Assembly (NCBI GenBank): GCA_044868695.1
Contig: JBIOWP010000028.1
Location: 1 to 20,672, forward strand
DNA length: 20,672 bases
From: a bacterium
GTDB taxonomy: Bacteria; Sysuimicrobiota; Sysuimicrobiia; Sysuimicrobiales; Kaftiobacteriaceae
Reading direction: 5' to 3'
This document shows, one piece after another, positions 8,035 to 12,744 of this stretch; position 1 is the first letter of the stretch, and every line of letters starts with the position of its first letter. The notes below the pieces were generated by a model. The model worked only from the letters and a program-made list of their open reading frames with translations. It did no database searches and was not told the origin of the DNA. The position numbers were made by a program, and so were the translations under genes.

Positions 8035-8454
8035 CTATTCGGCGGCAGACGACTGTTCCCCGGTGCTCGGCGCCCATCCGACTTTCCAGAGATAGCCGTC
8101 TGGATCCGTGAAGTAGCCGAAGTACCCACCCCACGCTGCGTCCTGCGCTGGCTTGGCAATCTTGCCGCCGGCGCGTTTGGCTTCGGCCAACACGGCATCG
8201 ACGCGTTCTTTGGAGCGGACGTCGTAAGAGAACGTGATGCCGCGGAAACCGCTGCCGTCCGGAGCTACGCCTGCGTCGCCGGCCACCGCATCCCAGGTGC
8301 GGAGCCCCAGCACGGACGAGCCGTTGTTGAGACTGAAGGCAACCCACTCGCCCGGGTAGTCCTGCTGAATCGGCCAGCCTAGACTCTTGTAGAATTGTTT
8401 CGCCCGGTTCACATCTTTGACCCCGAGCGTAATCGCGCTGACGTGTGGCTTCAT
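8035..8454 (-). CDS. VOC family (glyoxalase/bleomycin resistance) protein
   Basis: ITLGVKDVNRAKQFY, GITFSY, WGGYFGYFTDPDGYLWKV; SD AAGGAGG (8468-8462). Confidence 0.92.
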   Translation of the reverse strand: MKPHVSAITLGVKDVNRAKQFYKSLGWPIQQDYPGEWVAFSLNNGSSVLGLRTWDAVAGDAGVAPDGSGFRGITFSYDVRSKERVDAVLAEAKRAGGKIAKPAQDAAWGGYFGYFTDPDGYLWKVGWAPSTGEQSSAAE

Positions 8455-8488
8455 CGTGGTGCCTCCTTGTTGCGTTCGTCACTACTCT

Positions 8489-8515
8489 GACGGATCGCGA
8501 GTACGGTATGTGACC
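8489..8515 (-). promoter_or_regulatory. ECF41-type promoter GGTCACA-N16-CGTC for the VOC gene
   Basis: Minus strand GGTCACA (8515-8509), 16 nt, CGTC (8492-8489), about 35 nt upstream of the start codon. Confidence 0.82.
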
Positions 8516-8606
8516 GTGAGGCGCGTACTCCCTCCTGGCCCCACCGGCTTCGGCGTCCGTCGATGGTCATCTGGGGCAGAGGAGGGGGAGACAATCGCAT
8601 CCAAAC

Positions 8607-8617
8607 TGTGGTACAAT
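8607..8617 (+). promoter_or_regulatory. Housekeeping sigma-70-type extended -10 promoter (TGTG-G-TACAAT)
   Basis: TGTG 8607-8610 and TACAAT 8612-8617; weak -35 GAGACA 8588-8593. Confidence 0.6.
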
Positions 8618-8764
8618 TTGCTGTGGACGCACCTTTGAGTGGCTGTTGGAGAGGTCCGCACAAAGGTACATACCATACACACGCAGGGTATCCCGCTACC
8701 AGTAGTGGTGGGCCCCCATGGGAATGGGGGCCCCGTCATTCTAATGTGACCGGAGACAGCGACG

Positions 8765-8959
8765 ATGGCGGTAGGTAAGCACACCAGACCTCATGGCCGC
8801 GCTACATGCCAGCGCTGCGGCAAGCCCATTCCGCCGGTGGCGCGCAAGCACGGCGATCCCTTCTGCTCGCGCGTGTGCGCCGAAGCGACCTATGGGACCC
8901 ACGCCCGCAGCGCGGTTAGGCGGATGGTCATCGGCGGGGTACGGATTAGGACGACCTAG
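8765..8959 (+). CDS. Small basic zinc-finger protein (CxxC-x15-CxxxC; YacG/TRASH-like treble clef)
   Basis: CQRCGKPIPPVARKHGDPFCSRVC; SD GGAG 8752-8755; promoter upstream and hairpin downstream. Confidence 0.72.
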   Translation: MAVGKHTRPHGRATCQRCGKPIPPVARKHGDPFCSRVCAEATYGTHARSAVRRMVIGGVRIRTT

Positions 8960-8966
8960 CGAGCCT

Positions 8967-8984
8967 GTCCCGGCTATCCGGGAC
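8967..8984 (+). terminator. Hairpin after the zinc-finger gene (possible terminator or stabiliser, no U-tract)
   Basis: GTCCCGG-ctat-CCGGGAC, a perfect 7-bp stem 7 nt after the stop codon. Confidence 0.4.
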
Positions 8985-9064
8985 GCCCACTGACTTCTCG
9001 CAGGACTCCCGGCTCAAGACCAATTCACCGCGAGCGCCTACCCTGAGCGCGGGGGTGAGCAGCG

Positions 9065-9859
9065 ATGTGGTACGCGTTCAACCGCGCTCTGTTCGGAGCC
9101 TGGATGTCTTTGCGGTTTCAGCTTCGGATCGAGAGGCTGGCCCGCGAGCCTGATCCGCCGTACCTGATCGTCGCCAACCACTGCAGTGGCATCGACCCGC
9201 TGCTTGTCGCCCAGGCGGTCCGCGCTCCCGTATCATTCCTGTGCCACCAAGACCTCGCGCGCAACCTTGTAAAGCGGCTGTGGATCCGATCTCTGGGGGC
9301 ATTCTTCATTCGCCCCCGCGACGTGGTGCATGGGGCGATCGCCGCAGCGTTGAGACGCCTCGCGCAGCGCAAGGCGGTCTGTTTGTTTCCGGAAGGAACC
9401 CGCAGCCTCGACGGCCGGCTGCTGCCCCTGCGTACCGGCGGTGCATTCATTGCGCTGGCCGCTGGCGTCCCGGTACTGCCGGTCGCCATTGTGGGGACGC
9501 ACCGGATCATGCCCGTGGGCACCACACGCCCTCGCCCAGGGCTGGCCATCGTCAGGGTGGGTCCCGCGCTTCGGCCTCCAAAGGAGGGACCGCGCGTCTC
9601 GCGGGTCTTGATCCGTGAGTGGACGGCCCGGTTCGCAGAAGCCCTAAGCAGGTTGTTGCCCGCGGATCAGCAGCCGGCCGCACCCCCGGTACCTGGCACC
9701 GTGGTGCCAGGTACCAGGGTGCCAGGTACCAGGGTGCCAGATACCGGGGTGCCAGGTACCAGGGTGCCAGGTACCAGGGTGCCAGGTACCGGGGTGCCAG
9801 GCACCGGGGTGCCAGGTACCAGGTTGCCTAGTCCTCCGCGGGGCTGGGCATGCCCCTAG
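9065..9859 (+). CDS. Lysophospholipid (1-acyl-sn-glycerol-3-phosphate) acyltransferase family protein with VPGTx repeat tail
   Basis: NHCSGID (HX4D catalytic motif), GAFFIR, FPEGTRS, VPVLPVAI; PlsC-like. Confidence 0.9.
   Translation: MWYAFNRALFGAWMSLRFQLRIERLAREPDPPYLIVANHCSGIDPLLVAQAVRAPVSFLCHQDLARNLVKRLWIRSLGAFFIRPRDVVHGAIAAALRRLAQRKAVCLFPEGTRSLDGRLLPLRTGGAFIALAAGVPVLPVAIVGTHRIMPVGTTRPRPGLAIVRVGPALRPPKEGPRVSRVLIREWTARFAEALSRLLPADQQPAAPPVPGTVVPGTRVPGTRVPDTGVPGTRVPGTRVPGTGVPGTGVPGTRLPSPPRGWACP
9688..9820. repeat. 15-bp-period tandem array of the quasi-palindromic 13-mer GGTGCCAGG(T/C)ACC
   Basis: Eight direct units at 9703, 9718, 9733, 9748, 9763, 9778, 9793 and 9808 with AG/GG spacers (the 9733 unit is the variant GGTGCCAGATACC). 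One inverted unit at 9688-9700 and a degenerate unit at 9823-9835. Encodes VP(G/D)T(V/R/G) nine times. Confidence 0.97.
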
Positions 9860-9873
9860 CGGAGGGCACTCAG

Positions 9874-10563
9874 ATGACCTCACGCTCAGCTGCGGGCCTG
9901 TTCCTGGTTGTGCTTGCGAGTTTCACTCCCGCAGGGATCCCGCAACAGTCCCTAGCCGCCGACTCCGGGGTTATGGGAGTGATCGCGCCGCAGATCGAAG
10001 CGCGGATGCCGCAATGGGTGGCCGCCTGGAAGGCCGCCAGCCCGGATTTCAACGTCCGGCGCTTTCGGCTCACCCTCCTGAAGAACGTCGCGGAAGCCTG
10101 GTCGGAATCGTATGACCCAGGCGAGTTGCATGAGGACCTGCGCAGGAGACTCTACGTCACCTCACCGGATGGGACGCGGGCCATTTTCCCCTACGCCACC
10201 ATGACCTTTTTCACCAGGGACGGCCGGACCAGAGCGGGCATCGGCACCGACGGGGGCGTGATGTTGATCGATCTCGCGGCCCGCCGCACGATGTGGCTGG
10301 GACGGTGCGACCTGGCGTGCGGTTTCCACGAGGCGATCTGGCTGGCAAATGACCGGGCAGTCGTGGCAGGCTACGAGATCGACTTCGACGATGTGAACTG
10401 CCCGAACAGCCGCACGTGCCGGGCGATCCCGGAAATCCTCTTCTACGACTTCCCGCGCCATGCCCTGATGTTTTTTAAGGGGCAGAGCGTTCCCTCGGGG
10501 CCACGCCGGGAGTATGCTGTCAGCCGGATTCGCGAGAAACTCCCGCTCGAATTCTCCGACTAG
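9874..10563 (+). CDS. Hypothetical secreted protein
   Basis: SD GGAGG 9861-9865 before ATG 9874; signal-peptide-like N-terminus (RSAAGLFLVVLASF...SLAA); four Cys; GC-rich third codon positions. Confidence 0.75.
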   Translation: MTSRSAAGLFLVVLASFTPAGIPQQSLAADSGVMGVIAPQIEARMPQWVAAWKAASPDFNVRRFRLTLLKNVAEAWSESYDPGELHEDLRRRLYVTSPDGTRAIFPYATMTFFTRDGRTRAGIGTDGGVMLIDLAARRTMWLGRCDLACGFHEAIWLANDRAVVAGYEIDFDDVNCPNSRTCRAIPEILFYDFPRHALMFFKGQSVPSGPRREYAVSRIREKLPLEFSD

Positions 10564-10572
10564 GACCGCGGG

Positions 10573-11001
10573 TCAATTCGAGGCCGAGGAACCAGGGCCG
10601 GAACTGAACGGGGTGACGCGTTCGATCTGGCGGTTGAGCGCGTGCAGCACCGCCTTCGCGACGGCCCGCTGGGGACTGTCCTCTATCGCGGCCGACCCGA
10701 CCAGCAGCAACGCCTGACCTGCCCCACCAGCAGTCACGGAAACCAGCACCACCGGCTGCGGGTCGCCGACCACCCTCACACCCTCAAGGACCAAGCGGAG
10801 GTCGGCCCCGGCGAACCCCACGTACATCCGGACGGCGTTCACGGTCGCCTGGGCGACCACGGACTGCCAGGGCTCATCCTCGGTGCGGCTGCTCGCCAGT
10901 CCCACGTGTGTGAGGCCGGAGTTACGGAGTTGAACGCGGGCGCGGGTTCTGGCCGGGACGATGTCGCAATCCACTTCTTCGAGTCTCAGTCGGTGGCCCA
11001 T
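10573..11001 (-). CDS. Hypothetical protein with duplicated beta-beta-beta-alpha pattern (resembles the LeuA regulatory domain)
   Basis: Internal repeat VGLAS...VVAQATVNAV / VGSAA...AVAKAVLHALNR; SD GGAG (11013-11010); own sigma-54 promoter. Confidence 0.8.
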   Translation of the reverse strand: MGHRLRLEEVDCDIVPARTRARVQLRNSGLTHVGLASSRTEDEPWQSVVAQATVNAVRMYVGFAGADLRLVLEGVRVVGDPQPVVLVSVTAGGAGQALLLVGSAAIEDSPQRAVAKAVLHALNRQIERVTPFSSGPGSSASN

Positions 11002-11039
11002 GGGTTGATCTCCGCGCGGGATCGGATACCCACAGTTAG

Positions 11040-11055
11040 AGCAATTTAGATGCCA
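11040..11055 (-). promoter_or_regulatory. Sigma-54 (RpoN) -24/-12 promoter TGGCAT-CTAAA-TTGCT
   Basis: GG-N10-GC spacing matches TGGCAC-N5-TTGCW; predicted +1 near 11029, about 28 nt before ATG 11001. Confidence 0.85.
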
Positions 11056-11152
11056 GATTCATGTAACTTCTTACCTGTAGCGGGAAAAATGAAAAGGGCC
11101 GGGATGCACACCCCCGACCCTACCCCTGTGGATGTACGCGGACAGCGCGTTG

Positions 11153-11311
11153 TTAGCGAATCATCGACAGCAGCGATACGTTCGTGGTGAGGAGCCGAAG
11201 CCCGACCATGAACGCCATGATGCTGACCACCCAGCCCAGCAGAATGAGCTGCAGCCGTCGATCGAGATCGTTGAACTTTGTCTGCACCGCTTCGAACTCC
11301 TCGTATCGCAT
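11153..11311 (-). CDS. Small (52 aa) single-pass membrane protein
   Basis: MRYEEFEAVQTKFNDLDRRLQLILLGWVVSIMAFMVGLRLLTTNVSLLSMIR; SD GGAGGAG (11326-11320); amphipathic helix followed by a hydrophobic segment; sigma-54 promoter upstream. Confidence 0.72.
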   Translation of the reverse strand: MRYEEFEAVQTKFNDLDRRLQLILLGWVVSIMAFMVGLRLLTTNVSLLSMIR

Positions 11312-11387
11312 CTTCGTTGCTCCTCCCGGCCTCCTGCCCTCGGGGCAGGTCGGTGTTGGCACTTCCAGCACCTGCCTCACCTAAAGA

Positions 11388-11403
11388 AGCAACCCCGGTG
11401 CCA
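11388..11403 (-). promoter_or_regulatory. Sigma-54 (RpoN) -24/-12 promoter TGGCAC-CGGGG-TTGCT
   Basis: Exact match to TGGCAC-N5-TTGCW; predicted +1 near 11377. Confidence 0.88.
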
Positions 11404-11483
11404 CGCACCAGAAAAGTCATGCGGGAGTCGTCGCGAAACGCCTCTGTGGGCAACGTCGATTCGATGGAAGTTCTGGGGAAGTA

Positions 11484-12557
11484 TTACGCCAGGAGGGCCG
11501 CCTGCACCTGGTTGCGTCCCATGCGTTTTGCCGCGTACAGGGCCCCATCGGCCTTGCGGACCAGTTCTTCGTAGTCCGTTCCGTCGGCGGGGCAGGACGC
11601 AATGCCCACGCTGACCGTCAGCCTCCCGAACGGCTGGATGCTGCCTCCCCGGAAGGGGTACTCCTCCACCAGGGTCCGCAGCCGCTCCATCGCGAGAATG
11701 GCCTCGTCTTTGGGGGTGTTGACCATGATCAGACCGAACTCCTCGCCGCCATACCGCGCGAGCACATCGCTCACCCGCAGATGGCCGCGCAGCAGCGCGG
11801 CGAGCTCGCGCAGCAGGGCGTCTCCCGCCAGGTGGCCCAAGGTGTCGTTGTAGTTCTTGAAAAAGTCCAGGTCGATCATTCCCAAAGAGCAGTTGCCCGG
11901 GTACCGCTGAATGCGGCCCACTTCCGCGCGCAGGATCTCTTCGAAGTGGCGCCGATTGTACAGGCCGGTCAGCGGGTCGGTAATGGCAAGTTCGCCCAGC
12001 TTCGCCCGCAGCACTTTGCGCTCTTCCCGCTCGCGCCGCAGGCGTTCGAATACGACGCCCGTGTAGAAGTTAATCAGCAGGAAGATCGTGGCCACGGCCG
12101 ATTCGAACGGCATGGCCAGCGGGTGTCCCTGGCGGACCAGCAGCGCCATCGCGCCCATATACCCCAACGCCATCAAGGCGCTCATCGCAAACAGCCCAGC
12201 AAACCCCACCAGGCCCGCCATCAAGATAGGGGCGCCGAACCACGCCATCAGGATGACCATCCGCAGCGAGGGCGCCATGAGGAGGTACAGCGTCAACATC
12301 CCCGTGGCCGCGACCATGGGCAGGTAGACGAAATGGCGGTCCCAGGGCATGTGGGCATCCCAGCCAAGATGCACGGTAAGCCACAGCGCGGCGTACACGA
12401 GGATCGTGGCAGCGGCTGACAGCAGGAACCCTGCCAGCGGCATCCCGTCGAAACCCACGAAGTTTAGCAAAGCCCCAACGACCAGGGCCGAAAGGAGACC
12501 GGCCCCGGCCATGAGAATGCCCCGCTTCTTGATTTGCTTCTTGTCGGGCGACCCCAT
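11484..12557 (-). CDS. Membrane-bound diguanylate cyclase (GGDEF domain)
   Basis: About six hydrophobic helices, then TDPLTGLYNRR, IDLDFFKNYNDTLGHLAGD, I-site RVSD, RYGGEEF, ADGALYAAKRMGRN. Start moved to ATG 12557 on SD GGAGG (12568-12564). Confidence 0.94.
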   Translation of the reverse strand: MGSPDKKQIKKRGILMAGAGLLSALVVGALLNFVGFDGMPLAGFLLSAAATILVYAALWLTVHLGWDAHMPWDRHFVYLPMVAATGMLTLYLLMAPSLRMVILMAWFGAPILMAGLVGFAGLFAMSALMALGYMGAMALLVRQGHPLAMPFESAVATIFLLINFYTGVVFERLRREREERKVLRAKLGELAITDPLTGLYNRRHFEEILRAEVGRIQRYPGNCSLGMIDLDFFKNYNDTLGHLAGDALLRELAALLRGHLRVSDVLARYGGEEFGLIMVNTPKDEAILAMERLRTLVEEYPFRGGSIQPFGRLTVSVGIASCPADGTDYEELVRKADGALYAAKRMGRNQVQAALLA

Positions 12558-12581
12558 TGGACGCCTCCAAATGGGGGAAAT

Positions 12582-12597
12582 AGCAAGATGTGTTCCA
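12582..12597 (-). promoter_or_regulatory. Sigma-54 (RpoN) -24/-12 promoter TGGAAC-ACATC-TTGCT
   Basis: GG-N10-GC with TTGCT; predicted +1 near 12571, just upstream of the cyclase SD. Confidence 0.8.
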
Positions 12598-12744
12598 AAC
12601 ACGTTCTGCCGCTGCCGGCGCGTCTTCCTTCACTCTTGCCCAAATTCCAGTCGCGTGACGCTTTACTTTCAGCGCGTATGGGAGCCCTTCGCGGGCCGCT
12701 GGCGGGCCGAGGAGAGACCTGCGGAGTCCCCGAACTTCCTACCC

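Noticed and set aside
7071..8482. Long antisense and alternate-frame ORFs (7071-8198, 7199-8482, also 2980-3936 and 12739-13734)
   Set aside because: Shadow ORFs expected in GC-rich coding DNA; no recognisable motifs, and they overlap well-supported genes.
8609..8622. TGGTAC-AAT-TTGCT as a fourth sigma-54 promoter
   Set aside because: GG-to-GC spacing is 8 nt, not the required 10; better read as an extended -10 element.
8745..8751. Additional GGTCACA on the minus strand (and GTCAC at 894-898 and 2263-2267) as ECF41 promoters
   Set aside because: No CGTC/TGTC at the 16-nt spacing.
9688..9835. Repeat array as a CRISPR locus
   Set aside because: Period is 15 bp with 2-nt linkers, there are no unique spacers or cas genes, and it lies in frame in a CDS.
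10306..10329. CDLACGFH as a heme c attachment site
   Set aside because: The pattern is CxxxCxxH, not CxxCH.
11312..11483. c-di-GMP riboswitch downstream of the cyclase gene
   Set aside because: I could not find class I or class II consensus elements; an Rfam scan would settle it.
11430..12660. Shared GTCGCGnnACG (11430-11440 and 12650-12660) as an enhancer-binding site
   Set aside because: Short, GC-rich, at different distances from the promoters and absent from the third promoter; could be chance.
12349..12744. 132-aa N-terminal extension of MutS from the ORF track
   Set aside because: It overlaps the cyclase gene and its sigma-54 promoter on the other strand; MutS similarity begins at LTPMMRQY.
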